A stretch of 39,925 nucleotides of DNA, counting the filler, from Vezdaea acicularis (Eukaryota), in assembly GCA_026025075.1 (NCBI GenBank). It is 10 parts of 10 records of this genome, joined end to end, with 100 filler letters (N's around TTAATTAATTAA, not from the genome) between each part and the next. Parts side by side here need not be neighbours in the genome. Positions count along the whole stretch, not along the records: positions 19,248 to 23,581 come from JAPEUI010000305.1; positions 23,682 to 28,004 come from JAPEUI010000306.1; positions 28,105 to 32,307 come from JAPEUI010000307.1; positions 32,408 to 34,978 come from JAPEUI010000313.1; 6 more parts are not named here. The stretch is one strand, 5' to 3'. The notes beneath the pieces are model-generated. The model was not told the DNA's origin. It saw only the letters and a list, made by a program, of their open reading frames with translations, and did not search any database. The translations under genes and the position numbers were made by a program. How positions within the stretch are numbered: the first letter of the stretch is position 1; each line of letters begins with the position of its first letter. Below are positions 21,112 through 33,674 of this stretch, piece by piece.

Positions 21112-23241
21112 ATGAGAGCCACAGTCTTTCCCAGAGGTCCCATATTCTGGGGCCATACGCCACGAGTACGGTCACGTCGCGCAGTACTGCGTGGCTTTGC
21201 TACTGCATCGAGCGGTATCAAGTGAGTGGGCGCTGTTCGTCTTTTCATCTCGGTACTAATTGAGACCCTGATAGACCATACGATGTCGTCGTTATCGGTG
21301 GTGGACATGCAGGTGCCGAAGCATGTGCAGGGGCAGCAAGAGCAGGTGCTCGAACTGCTCTCATCACGCCTAAGCTTGATAACCTGGGGGTGTGCTCTTG
21401 TAATCCGAGCTTTGGAGGTATCGGTAAAGGTACAATGATACGCGAAGTCGATGCATTGGATGGCATTTGCGGAAGGATAGTCGATAAAGCTGGGGTCCAT
21501 TTCAGAGTTCTAAACGTAAAAAAGGGACCTGCAGTTTGGGTGAGCCAGAGTCGAATCCTATGGCGTTGGTGTATGATCTAATGCACCCTTATAACAGGGT
21601 CCGAGAGCGCAGATCGATAGGTCGCTGTATAAGAAATACATGCGTGAGGAGTTAGAAACGTATAGGAATCTTTCAATCGTTCAAGGAAGCGTCGCAGACA
21701 TTGTAGTCCAGCATGATGCCCAGGATCAGCTGGACCAGTCTGGTAGATCAGAACGAAAGATTACCGGTATACGACTTGAGACTGGCGAGGTCATACCAAC
21801 CAATCATGTGGTTATCACAACAGGGACCTTTCTGGGCGGAGAAATACATATTGGCCTGGAAGTATATCCGTCCGGCCGTATAGGGGAAGCCGCGACATTT
21901 GGTCTCAGCAAATCGCTGCGAGATGCTGGCTTTCCTCTCGGCCGTCTCAAGACCGGAACTCCACCTCGTCTCTCTGGCAAGACTATCAAATTTGATAAAC
22001 TCGAGCCACAGCCTGGAGATCATTCTCCTTCACCCTTCAGCTATATCAATGATCGCGTCAGCGTCAGAGACCAGCTGTTTTGCCATGCGACCTACACAAA
22101 CAATAAATCCCACGAAATTGTGCGCGCTAATTTAGACCAGTCGGTACATATCAGGGAGACTGTGAAAGGCCCACGATACTGTCCGTCCTTAGAATCGAAA
22201 GTGATGCGATTTCCAGACAAAGAAAAACACATCATTTGGCTAGAACCGGAGGGATTCGATAGTGATGTTATATACCCGAACGGCATCTCTATGACTATTC
22301 CCGCAGCTGCTCAAGAGCAAATGCTTCGAACAATTCCAGGACTGGAAACATCTACCATGTTGCAACCCGGTTACGGCGTCGAGTACGATTATGTGGATCC
22401 CCGTTCCTTGAAGTCAACACTGGAGACAAAGCTTATCAAAGGCTTGTTTTTAGCAGGCCAGATCAATGGTACCACGGGATACGAGGAAGCAGCCGGCCAA
22501 GGAGTGATCGCGGGCATTAACGCGGGACTCTCTGCTATGGGTAGACCGCCAATGACGGTTTCAAGAAGCGACGGCTATATTGGAATCATGATCGATGATC
22601 TTATTACGAAAGGCGTAACAGAGCCATACCGTATGTTCACTTCAAGAAGCGAGTACCGAATGAGCGCCCGTGCAGATAACGCAGACATAAGATTAACTGC
22701 GAAGGGGCGGAAGGCAGGTGTAGTAGGTGATCATAGATGGATCAAGTTTCGTGATGAATTAGCCCAAATAGAGGAGCTCTCAAGAATTCTGGAGGAGCAT
22801 ACTCTCGGCGCGGCGGAGTGGGCTAATAGGGGTTATCCTATACATAGCCTTGGCCAAAGGCGGACTGCCTACGAACTCCTAAGAAGGGTTGGCGTGACTA
22901 TCGACAGACTGAGCGAACATATCAGTGGTATAGGGTATTTCCATCCTCGTGTAAAGGCACGGGTTGCCATCGAGGCAACATACGCACCATATGTCAAGAA
23001 GCAAGAGGCCCTAGCAAACCTCTTTGCGAAAGAAGAGGACTTTAGCTTACCTCATGACTTGGATTACAACGCCGTTCATTCGCTCTCATTTGAGGAGAAG
23101 CATATTTTGAGTTCAACAAGGCCGGAAAGCTTAGGGCAAGCTAGGAGAATTGAAGGCATGACACCTTCTGGAGCACTTTCTCTTCTTGCCTATGTGCGGA
23201 AGAAAGGGAAAGGGCGTAGTAGTAGAATAAATGTAGTATAG
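21112..23241 (+). CDS. MTO1: Mitochondrial tRNA uridine-34 modification enzyme Mto1 (GidA/MnmG family)
   Basis: Arg-rich presequence from ATG 21112, introns 21222-21274 and 21540-21597. Motifs [59 protein letters not shown] and [13 protein letters not shown]. Confidence 0.96.
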
Positions 23242-23353
23242 TGTAATGTAGAGGGGGAGTAATTGTGATTGTGATTGTGTTATAGTTGATGGAGGTGATA
23301 AATGTGCGCGTGCGCATATTTATACGTGCGTAGCGATCGATCATTGAAGGTTA

Positions 23354-23581
23354 CTATGCGATAGGTTTTTCTGAAGTGGGAAGACCTTTGACGAGCTGTC
23401 TTGCGAGATCAAATCCGGCGCAACCCCTATTGATACACTCATATCGCTTAGTCTCGCCAGATTCGGCACGCTGCGCGCAAATCTCCGTACCGTCCACGAG
23501 CTTCTTTATATGATTTTACAACAGACTTGGCGTTCAAATCTCGTCCCATGTCGACATCTAGAGCCAGCGTCACGGTCGGCC
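23354..23581 (-). CDS. 3' end of an unidentified gene converging on MTO1
   Basis: Open frame from the contig edge (PTVTLALDVDMGRDLNAKSVVKSYKEARGR), intron 23427-23490 (GTACGG...ACTAAG...TAG), then GCAGFDLARQLVKGLPTSEKPIA*. Confidence 0.5.
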
Positions 23582-24129
23582 NNNNNNNNNNNNNNNNNNN
23601 NNNNNNNNNNNNNNNNNNNNNNNNNTTAATTAATTAANNNNNNNNNNNNNNNNNNNNNNNNNNNNNNNNNNNNNNNNNNNNGCGCAGCTAGCCTCTCTAG
23701 TTACCGGTAGCAGATGGCTTCGTGCCTTTCCGAATAGGTGGCAATAGGCACTACACCCACCTTTAGTTGAAGGGGTTCGCTTAGTGGCTACCGCATGCCT
23801 AGGGTGGATTTTCCCAAAATAGGATGCGGGCCGAGAACGTTATGATAGCTGATTAGGTCCCAACGCTCATTTCACAAGTAGGTCTAGTAATCTACAGAGT
23901 AATGGAGGATTTGCTGGAGGAGGCGTGTTCAGTGATGAACCAACAAGCTGGGTGGCTCTAGCACCACCAATTGTGTTACAACATATTACCATTGGTTTGA
24001 CAAACAATAATTACATGATTCAAAGAATGCAGCATACCAGAAAGCTCTATCATTTCGTTGGGAACCATTTGAGAAGTATTGTACACAGCCTAGTGACTTG
24101 AGTCCCAATCAACGCCACCACCCTTTAAC

Positions 24130-27100
24130 TCACCCCCCAATTGTCGCAATTAAATCAGCCATCTGGCTCTTTAAGGCCCGATTGTGCGCCATTACCCAAA
24201 ACAGATGCTTTCTCGTCCCGCCAAATAGTTTGTCTAGCATTTCTTCCCGATCGCCTGACGCCCCTTTCTCCTCCTCGATCTTCCGGACCATACGCGCCAG
24301 ATTCCTAAGCACCAGTACCGCACCAAACGCCAAGCCCTTTGGATCCCGTATGACTGTTCCGTCGCGCCATGGCCTTAAATCATGCGGTGTATCATAGAAT
24401 AAAGTACTTTCGAACTCCGCATCTGCGGAGCCGGGATCTGGCGGTGGCTGCTGATGGAACGAAGGAAATTTTGCACTGGACGGGGTCGAAGCGGGTTTGG
24501 TTGGCGTGGGGAGGTGCTGTTTGACATGGGTTGCTATCTCGCGGAACGAAGGATTGCTTACAGGGGAGAAATGGTGGCATTGCAACCATCGGCAGGTGTA
24601 GTGGCCGGATGAAGCAATCGAGGTGAGGTCCCAGGAGCCTTCAGCAGTTTTATGGCCTGATAGGTGGTCTTTCAGGATATGTGTCCACAGAGCCTCGGGA
24701 CTTGAATAGAATGTGGCACAGTCTTCCACCCGTTTATCCTTTCCAATGCTCGGCGTAGCCGAGCCATTTGTGCCGTTGATACCATTCATGGCCAGGACGG
24801 GGCGGGCAACTTGCCAGTGGCAGCGAAGGTAGATTGTGCCGCGAGGGTCGACAGGCCGCCACCTAGGCCGGATGCCACGAATGATAAACTTTTGTGTCGG
24901 CTCTGTAATGACCTCTGCTTTGACCTTGGCGTCGCCGAAAGTTGCACTTACATTTTTGATGAATTCCGCAGCGGGAAACAGCGCCCGGCCTGCAGCCTGG
25001 TCATGTAACTGGAATCGTGCCTGGTACGCTTGCCAGAGCTCAATCTGCGTAATGAGAGAGCCGCCGTCGACCTCGAAACAAGAACGTAACCAGTGGCTAC
25101 TACGTTCTGGCTCTTCATATTTGAAAAGCTGCTGGACTAGCTCGTCTGGAAGATTCGGAATCCTTTCAGGCGCTTGTCCTCTGATTGCGGGCTTGATCAT
25201 TGTGCGTTCTGGAAATGGTCGCGCTCCATATTGGAGAAGTCGGACTAATTGGTTGATGAGGGATTCGGGTTGAATGTTTTCAAGGAGTTTTTCAACATTT
25301 TCGGTTAATCCTGTGTACTGATAGAGGAAATCGAGGCATGCATGAACGAACTCTTCGTCGTCGAGGAGCAGCCACTCGCATAACTGCCGAAGGACATGTA
25401 CCGGGATGCCAGAAAGGGTGCTCGTCTCGCCAAGGTTCATCGAAATGCGGCTGATAGCGCGAAGAGAAGTGAGTATTGCCCCTCTGTCGGTAGAATCCAC
25501 TTGGTTGATGAGACTTATCGATAGAGGATCCTCAGCGTCCAGAGGATAGTACCTCGTCAGTTGCTCGGCAATATCAAGTGCGTAGTGTTTTATCTCAACG
25601 GTAGTAGGGCTGAAAGGAAGATTAAGTAAGATAGAGAGCAGGTCTTTCACGGGAGCCATCTCCGAGAGATATTTAGCGTTGTTCTCTAGCATCGCCATAT
25701 TCCTCAGGACCAAGGCAGACTCATTTACCCTGCTCAGACTCTCGCTAAAATCTTCTGTCTCCATGTCATCATCGATTGCATACTGCTTCAACGACTTGAT
25801 GCGATCAAGTATATCTGGGGTACCGTTCATTCCATCCAGAGTGCTAGTGTCGTTTGGAGAACCATCTTCGCTATACTTTATCTTCCATCGAATATCATAA
25901 AAGAGCGAGCTCGCCTCCAATGTCTTCTCAAGCAAAACTTCCGCCAAGCCAGGAAAGGATTCAAATCTGTACTTGTCGCCTTGCTCGTGAGATATTTTGA
26001 CGAGATGATGGAGTGCGTAAGCTTGTTCTTCAGGAATGCCGCTTCTTAGGGCCATTAAGGACCGCATGTAGATATTGGGGCCTCGAAACCCCGCTGCCAA
26101 AGTTAATCAATTGACCTCCATACAGATGTTTGGAGGACCTACTCCCAGGAAGCATGACACCTTTCTGTATATGAGATGCCTTATCCTCTTTGGCAAGGTG
26201 GGGATTCGCCGACAGCTTTTGCCTCTGAAATAGGAGAGGGTTGTTGCCAGGCGTAACCACTGAGCGCATCGTGAGCGGTACAAGGGGTTTGGGCTCATAA
26301 TTTGCGATCGTGAACGAAGCACTGTTCGGGTTTGATGAGTTGTAATTGTAATTGCTTGTTATGCCCAGGCTTGATGGCTGCGGCGAACTGGTATTGGCAT
26401 GTCCATGGCGAGACTGACGTGATGATGAAACATCAGGATTGAACAGCACACGTTGAGGCGGCGCCTGACGAAGACCTGGCATGCTCTTAATCAGAATAGC
26501 CCACTTGTAGATGGCTGCATTGGATTTTATACGAACCACGACTAGCCCTAGCACCACTACCACTGCCGGGCTCTTCACTCCCGCCTTTCTCTTGCTTTGG
26601 AGTACCACGTTCACTATTCTCGGAATCATCGCCTGCACCAAGGCTTCCTTGCTCACGAGAGCCACGTGGCCTGTAGTTCTCTAGAGTCCGAGTTAGGAGG
26701 TCACCTCCTCGTGCACTTAAATCTTCAAGGATTTCCCTTGGTGGTGGCTCCTTGTTATGGACCATTTTGATCTCGAATGCTCTACATGTTATGTGAGTCA
26801 ACGTCCTGCTCAAAATTTCCCCTTATGCAATACGAAAGAAGAAAACCTACGCGAGGTTTTTATAGTACGTGGACTTGAGATTGAACGCAAGTGCTGGAAG
26901 ATTGCTACTTCCGAGAGCAAATTCCATCCCCAGGTTCCTCCATGCAAGCTTTTCTGCGCTGATTTTGTCATAACCCCCACGTGCAACGACTGTGTTATAA
27001 AGCCTGAGTAAGTCGACATGTCGAGCTCCAACACGCGGTTCTCTTTCTAATGTAGTACTATGGAAGAGGGCAAGGTTAGCGCGTTAACTCAGGAGGACGG

Positions 27101-27214
27101 AGAATCTCCGTACCCTCGTAGCTCGTGAAACTCCGAAAGGTTTTTCATGAATTCCTCGTATTCTGTTGTCCGCTCGATGGAAGGGTCGCGCCTGACCGTT
27201 GGAGGAGGAGCCAT
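24130..27214 (-). CDS. RSC9: RSC chromatin-remodelling complex subunit Rsc9 (ARID plus RFX-type winged helix)
   Basis: ATG 27214 (MAPPPTVRRDPSIERTTEYEEFM). ARID motifs VDLLRLYNTVVARGGYDKI...W...LKSTYYKNL, then LRQAPPQRVLF, GPNIYMRSLMALRSGIPEEQAYALHHLVKISHE and ITQIELWQAYQ..F. Four GT-AG introns, the first at 27058-27113. Confidence 0.92.
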
Positions 27215-27539
27215 CTTAACCAAAGGCTCCTCCTAGCCAACATGAAGTTGTCTCCGGTAAGGGGTTTGGACGCTTGATATGCCCCGTAGTGAGAGAGGGA
27301 CTATTTCAGGAGGAAAACAAAAGAACACTTCCCTTATCTGACCTATCCTTAGTCATAGGATATAGTGGAGCAAAGCAGGGTGGAACAGGCCCTCGAAGGA
27401 AAGGAAGATGGATGCGACACAATCTGTAGTTGCGAAGCCGCTGAGCTCGCGGTTACGGGGGCTCGCCTCTATAGGCGAGCCTGACTAAGCGGTACGTACA
27501 TAGTCCCCCCCCTAACGTTCTCGCCCCCGAGAACCCCAG

Positions 27540-27615
27540 CTCAGTTATAACTCAGTTATAACTCACTTATAGCTTAGTTTCACCTCACTTTCAGCTCACT
27601 TTCGCCTCATTTCAC
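27540..27615. repeat. Minisatellite, about 7 x 11 bp (CTCASTTWYAN)
   Basis: ctcagttataa ctcagttataa ctcacttatag cttagtttcac ctcactttcag ctcactttcgc ctcatttcac. Confidence 0.8.
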
Positions 27616-27619
27616 TATC

Positions 27620-28004
27620 ATGGATGCCCAAAGCGTCCCCAGCTCGTCCGAAAGCGACTCGAGCGATTCCACGCAGCCCGAGCCCCCTATCCAGCCCGGC
27701 CCTATGCCAACCCCTTTCGGCCTTGCTACGGCCCGAGTCCCTGTTATCTCGGGCTTCAAGGCGACCGAAAATCAGCGTCGCCTGTCCGTGAAGCCCGTTC
27801 TGCGCCCCCTGATCACCTACGATCGCAAGGGGGAGCTGCTTTTGACTCGAAAAGTCAACATTGAGGCCGCCATGATCTACATGACCGGCCAGAGGGCAGA
27901 AGATGCCTGCGAGTACTGCTCCCAGGGACTCGGATGGCTCGCCGGGTGCGTTTTTGACCCGGCGGTGCTTCAGGGGGGCTGCGCCAGCTGCGCCCAGCAA
28001 GGGG
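27620..28004 (+). CDS. DUF3716-like Cys-cluster protein, 3'-truncated
   Basis: NIEAAMIYMTGQRAEDACEYCSQGLGWLAGCVFDPAVLQGGCASC matches the N.EA...Q..G.....C..C..G.GPF..CV......G.CANC pattern I associate with fungal DUF3716. Confidence 0.6.
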
Positions 28005-28343
28005 NNNNNNNNNNNNNNNNNNNNNNNNNNNNNNNNNNNNNNNNNNNNTTAATTAATTAANNNNNNNNNNNNNNNNNNNNNNNNNNNNNNNNNNNNNNNN
28101 NNNNGACAACTACGCGATGAGTGGGCTTTCGCTTCCTCCAGACTGTGAAGCCCTAGGCCAGTTTTGGCTTTACGCGAGGATTGTGCTTGCGGGTAAACCC
28201 TAAGTATTTTCCAACCTCCGACGTCATGTGACTGGACGCTTGGGTGAAGCTTAGCGGCCAAAACTGCGGAACCTCAAGTCGTAAGCTAGGCGGCTTCCCC
28301 AAACTTCACTAACACCCAAAGTCTTGCCGCAGAATATTTTCAC

Positions 28344-29943
28344 ATGGCTAACTTGCCCTTAATAACGTTCAAGGCGGGTCTATGCGATTTTGATGTAAGG
28401 CTTTGGAACCTCCCTCTATTTTTTCCCCTCATGGACAAGACGCTAAACTTGAGCAGTCGAGTGCCACTCCGCCAATCGTCAAGCCACGAGCTACCCCGGG
28501 CTTTATCTACCTCTACTCTGAAGATGGTAAGTCATGGCTCAGCTTTGTGCTGATTGGCTTCTAATGAACCTCTAGAGCTACTTCATTTTTGCTGGAGGCC
28601 GCGTACAGCACCTCTGGATGAACCCCAACTCGACCTTGTAATGATTCCTACCGATGCACAGTTCAAGCCTTATAAGCCACGTCATGGGCCAGAAGATGGC
28701 CATGTCCATTCATCTCCGCGATCACCAACAGACGGACGCCTAGCAGTCTTGAAGTTCATGGGTAGCTCGGACCGTAAGCTTTTCTGGCTACAGTCGGCAC
28801 CACAATCCAAGAAAGGAGATCCGGCTTGGTTCAGTCCGCGCGACCTAAAGCTTATAAGTCTTGTGGATGATTTACTGCAAGGAAGTGAGCCGGACATACC
28901 GGAAGCCATCCAACAGATCCAAAATGCCAACGATGGGCCTGATGGCGATGACGACGAGACAATGGAAGATGTTGAAGGGACGGGGCACGGCTCAGAACCT
29001 AACCCGGGCAGCGGTGGCGGTGCAGGGCCTGCTGCCACTGGAGGAGATATTAGAGAAGAAGGCGAACAGTCAAGGGAAGGCGGAGCAGATGGAGGAAGAG
29101 CGTAGGTTTATAAATTTTTTTGTTCAACTTCTCCAATGCAAGTACGATGTGAGTTGCGGTGTCCCTAGTGACAAAGCCGGTGACCTGAGAGTTTTGGGAT
29201 CATCGTGGCATTATTTGCGTGGCGTTCTAAGGCTTGGTACTATCATCATCCATGCTCTGATAGCTTCAGAATGAAAATACTCTCAATACAGTATACACAC
29301 CATTTGATGACATTCAATGACCAAATTATTTAACCTCTTCTGCTTGGGAGGAAAGGCTGACGTGCACTCTCACAGTGCTTCCGTGGTATCAAACGATCCA
29401 GCCACCGTCGTTCAGAACTTCCTAAATTCTCTAAAAGGGAGTCAAAGCTTAGGCCGCGCGCAACAGCAGCAAACCAAGCCGTTCACGACTCTCCCCGATT
29501 TACTTCCAACCTCAATAACGGTCCCCATGATTGAGTCCGCTGATGATGCATACGTTGATAGCCTTCTTTCCTTTCTTCCGCCGACATTGATTCTCCTTAC
29601 GCAAGATATTGATGACGTTTCTTCTCTTGACCCAAGCTCCGATACAGCTAAGGCAGTCATGGAAACATTGTCGTTAGACGAGAAGAAAGACATCCTACGG
29701 AGAGTGCTCAGATCACCCCAGTTTAATCAAAGCTTAGGGAGCCTGACATCTGCAATTCAGGATGGAGGCCTTCCCACAATCAGCGAAGCCCTCAAGATCG
29801 ATGTCGAGAATCGCGGATTGATGAAGCGAGGCAGCATGCCAATCGGTGGAGGTGATGCAGTCAAAGCATTTCTAGAAGGGGTAAAGAGGGGTGTGGAGGA
29901 AGAGGAGAAGGCTGGTAAAGAGAGCAGCATGGATACAGACTAG
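28344..29943 (+). CDS. RPN13: 26S proteasome ubiquitin receptor Rpn13/ADRM1 (Pru domain plus C-terminal DEUBAD)
   Basis: Motifs LITFKAGLCD, GFIYLYSEDELLHFCWRPR, LKF..S.RKLFWLQS and VLRSPQFNQSLGSLT.AIQDGGLP. Introns 28395-28456, 28527-28575 and 29102-29375. Confidence 0.92.
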
Positions 29944-30588
29944 ACAATGTCCCTGTCACTAGATTTTGTCTAAAGTGCGGGGCCAGATGCTAGATCTCTT
30001 TTCAACCCTTGGAGAGCAATCACCTTGGATTACTCACTCAAAGACTGGGAATGTTGAATGGAGCATGTTCAATAACTTCGGTGGGGTCTGAGACACTCTC
30101 TACACGTACTGTACCATACTACATAGAGGTTCCGCATGATTATACTCATGAGTCGGTCTCAAAAATGTACCCCCTCTTTTTAAAATCTCGCGAAATATCT
30201 TGTGTAACACAAAGTGCCGCCGCCGCCAGACCTTCATGTTTTTGGCTTAAATATTTTTGTTATACCAAAGACTATCTACTCCATCAATCCGAACATCCTC
30301 CTACCGCTTGTTGCGGGATGCGCTATATGTTCGCATTGCGATTGTCAAGCTCGCTCCGCGAACGGGGGGCTTTTATGCTGATCCAGGCCATCAGATCGTA
30401 CGTAGTTGGGTAAATACAGAATTTGATAACTGTGTAAAAATAATGTAGATATCCATAGAGAGTGCCGTGGTCTTCAACGCAGACCCAAATAGGAGAAGTG
30501 CTCAGGTTGCCGCTAGATGGCGTCATGCCCCGCAGCGAAAATGGCAAACACCCGCGGCCGAGAACCCTAAGGACCAGCTGCCCTAAAG

Positions 30589-32307
30589 ATGGAGAGAGGT
30601 TCAAACTATGCTTCGGACTCACCTCCGACAATTGTATCACTTGAGATAAAGCCCCATTTTGAAGCCTTGAACGACCAGGAAAAGAGATACGCGCACTATA
30701 TTAGTCGGTCTGCTTTACGACATGCTCGTATGAGGTCTGGATAGCTGATTGTATTACACAGGGCCGCCTTCAATGGAACGAGAGTCACGCTACGCCAGGT
30801 CTCGGCCGAATCCGAAGACATCTTCGATTTCATTTTAGAGCTGTACAAAGCCTCGGATGGCGATTGGCAAAAGATCCAGGCGGCAGCTGGGATCAGCACA
30901 GAGCAGTTTGGGGCGTTCCTAAACTATGCTGCACAATTCTTGGGGAACTGTGGAAACTATAAGGCTTTCGGTGATAGCAAATTCGAACCCAATGTCGCAC
31001 CCGATACCATCAAGAAGCTCAGTGAGACCTCTTCTCGCTCAAAAGAGCTTTATGCCAAGATTGGGCACGCCTTCTTTGCGAGTAGCAAGAAGAGCGAGAA
31101 CCACCTTGGCTACATCGATCAGGGCCATGTCTCAACTTACTACCCAGACTCGCCCTCGATTACCAAAGCGGAGATCCAAGGAGTCGGAGACTTCCTAGAG
31201 TCAAAGGGACTGCTGGTCGAGAACACCAGGTTACAGAAGCTCTCAAACGGCGACTTTCAGGTTCTTATAGCCTCTGCAGTCTTGCAGCAGCCCAAAGAGG
31301 GAAACGATACTGGCGTAGAGACTTCTTGGGAGCTCCCTGGGCCTCTAAGCGGTAAGAAGCTTTCTTTAAAATTCGGCGACTACCAAAAGGAAATGGAGAA
31401 AGTTGTAGAGAATCTGTACAACGCCTCCAGAAACGCTTTGAACGACAACCAAAGGCACATGCATCGCGAATACATCAAGTCTTTTGAGACAGGCTCGATG
31501 AAGTCGTTCAAAGACAGCCAGCGTTTCTGGATATATGACAAGGGCCCGACTGTTGAAACCAATATTGGATTCATCGAGACTTATAGAGATCCGCATGGGG
31601 TTCGAGGTGAATGGGAAGGGTTCGTAGCCATGGTCAACAAACCCCGCACGCAGGCCTTCCAACAGCTAGTGGAGAGTTCCGGAACGTTCATAGCAAAGCT
31701 CCCCTGGCCGAGAGATTTTGAGAAGGAGAAGTTCCTTAGTCCGGACTTCACGAGTCTGGAGGTGTTGTCCTTCCAGGGTAGTGGTATTCCAGCCGGCATC
31801 AATATCCCGTGAGTTCTATCTGTATAGCTAAATATATGTACTATGACTTACCTCACCAGTAACTTTGATGATATTCGGCAATCAGAAGGCTTCAAGAATG
31901 TTTCTCTGGGTAACGTTTTATCCGCCAAGGTTTCTGATGAAAAGATACCTTTCGTCCGCCCCGAGGATCAAGAGGTTTTCCGGAAGTACCGAGACGAAGC
32001 CTTCGAGGTACAGGTTGGGTATGTCTACTCTCCAAATCTCTCCCAGGTGGATGAAGCGTCTAGCCTTTAGCCTACTAATTTCACTCTCTTTGATACAGAA
32101 TCCACGAACTACTAGGTCACGGCACGGGCAAGCTCCTTCAGGAAACCTCCCCCGGCGTCTACAACTTCGACCATTCGCACCCCCCCGAAAACCCCCTCAC
32201 CAAAAAGCCCATCAGCTCATGGTACCTGCCATCCCAGACGTGGGGTTCCGTCTTCGGCTCCATCGCCGCCAGCTACGAAGAATGCCGCGCCGAGACGGTC
32301 GCCATGG
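30589..32307 (+). CDS. DPP3: Dipeptidyl peptidase III (M49 metallopeptidase), 3'-truncated
   Basis: Motifs EKRYAHYISRAAF, GNCGNYKAFGDSKF, IGFIETYRDPHGVRGEWEGFVA, GIPAGINIPN, the zinc motif HELLGHG and YEECRAE. Introns 30708-30761, 31809-31859 and 32019-32098. Confidence 0.96.
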
Positions 32308-33674
32308 NNNNNNNNNNNNNNNNNNNNNNNNNNNNNNNNNNNNNNNNNNNNTTAATTAATTAANNNNNNNNNNNNNNNNNNNNNNNNNNNNNNNNNNNNN
32401 NNNNNNNTACTAAGGAGCTATTCTACAGTGCTTCCCCGCTTTCCTATATGACGGTGGTCACATGACGTATACCTAGCGCTTGCCAAGCGCAGTCGAGTCG
32501 CAGGCTAAGTCACGGGAAGGTAGGTTCGTGACAATACGCGTCTATCTGGACCCGGGCAATTTAAATTGCCAAACAGCATTCAACCCTATCGTAATGGCAC
32601 TTAGCATGTCAACCTTTCAGATCTCTAGAGCTAAGGTGGCCAGTGTAGAAATCGTTCTCCCAGTGTTTTCATTCTATCAGATTTCAGGAAAGAGTTGACT
32701 GCACCGTCTAGGGGATAAAAGAGCTTGTTTACCTAGACTCGGGCGCTACGAACTGTAGTGGATATATAACATCTTTCGCCTAAACGCATCTTATCTAATC
32801 TTGCAGCTTATTCGAAGGTTATGATGGGACCCGTGCATGGCTGCGTCATTTTCTCGCTTTCGGGGGGCTGCAACAGCCATCCCTATGTTCCTGGGGTCCT
32901 GTTGAAGGAATAAAGTGCTACTGTAGCCACGATTGGCCCCTGGTCCACTCTGGCTCCCTTGTGCTCATTAATCTTCGGAACGAACCTAGATCCTTAATAA
33001 ACATGGTCCGCAGATATTCCACCTTAGTCATCTATAAGGTTTGTGATGAAGAGGCGATTCTGCTTCCGTCAAGCTCGAGACTGTTTGTGGACCAAGCTTT
33101 CCTGCTTACGCAGGGGTATAGGCCAACCTATCACGAATGTGCCATTCTCAGTCTCTCTTTGCTGAGTTTGAGGCTACAGTCTTTTGGTTTCAGGTTCATC
33201 CGCCAGTACAACATTGACAGGAGCATGGACGGTCAGCTTGCCTAAATCACGCATATCATGACAGATACTACGGGCTCCGTCCGAGTTTTTGACCACTTTG
33301 AAGATACTTTCGACTCGGAACGATCACTCATGTCAGCCTTGCTGATTAGGAATAACAGGGGTAAGATTTGGGAGCGTACATCATCCTGTAGGAAGTTGAT
33401 TGAATACCAAGTGGCAATGGCCTCAAGGTAGCATCGACAGCGCGAATACCTTCCGGAATATGCTTGATGTCCGGCGTGCAGCAGTTTTGGGGAATACTTG
33501 TATTCAAGTTGAAGCTTGATTGTCTTTCTATATAATGCCTCCGATACTCCAGAATGAATGTTCTCCATTTCTATCGGACTTTCCTTTGGGCAGGTACTCA
33601 CCGCTTCCTCATCCGCAGCAGGTTCACTACATCTTTATCCTTCTCATAATAATATTGATCTTCGCATTGTTATC

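Noticed and set aside
29170..29205. TPP-riboswitch-like words (GCCGGTG, CTGAGA, GGATCAT) in the RPN13 intron
   Set aside because: The conserved core (TGATC...TAATxCxxGCG) is missing, the spacing is too short, and the host gene is unrelated to thiamine.
30327..30588. Possible mitochondrial presequence exon (MFALRLSSSLRERG...) upstream of DPP3
   Set aside because: An in-frame TAA at 30568-30570 precedes ATG 30589, and I found no convincing splice route around it.
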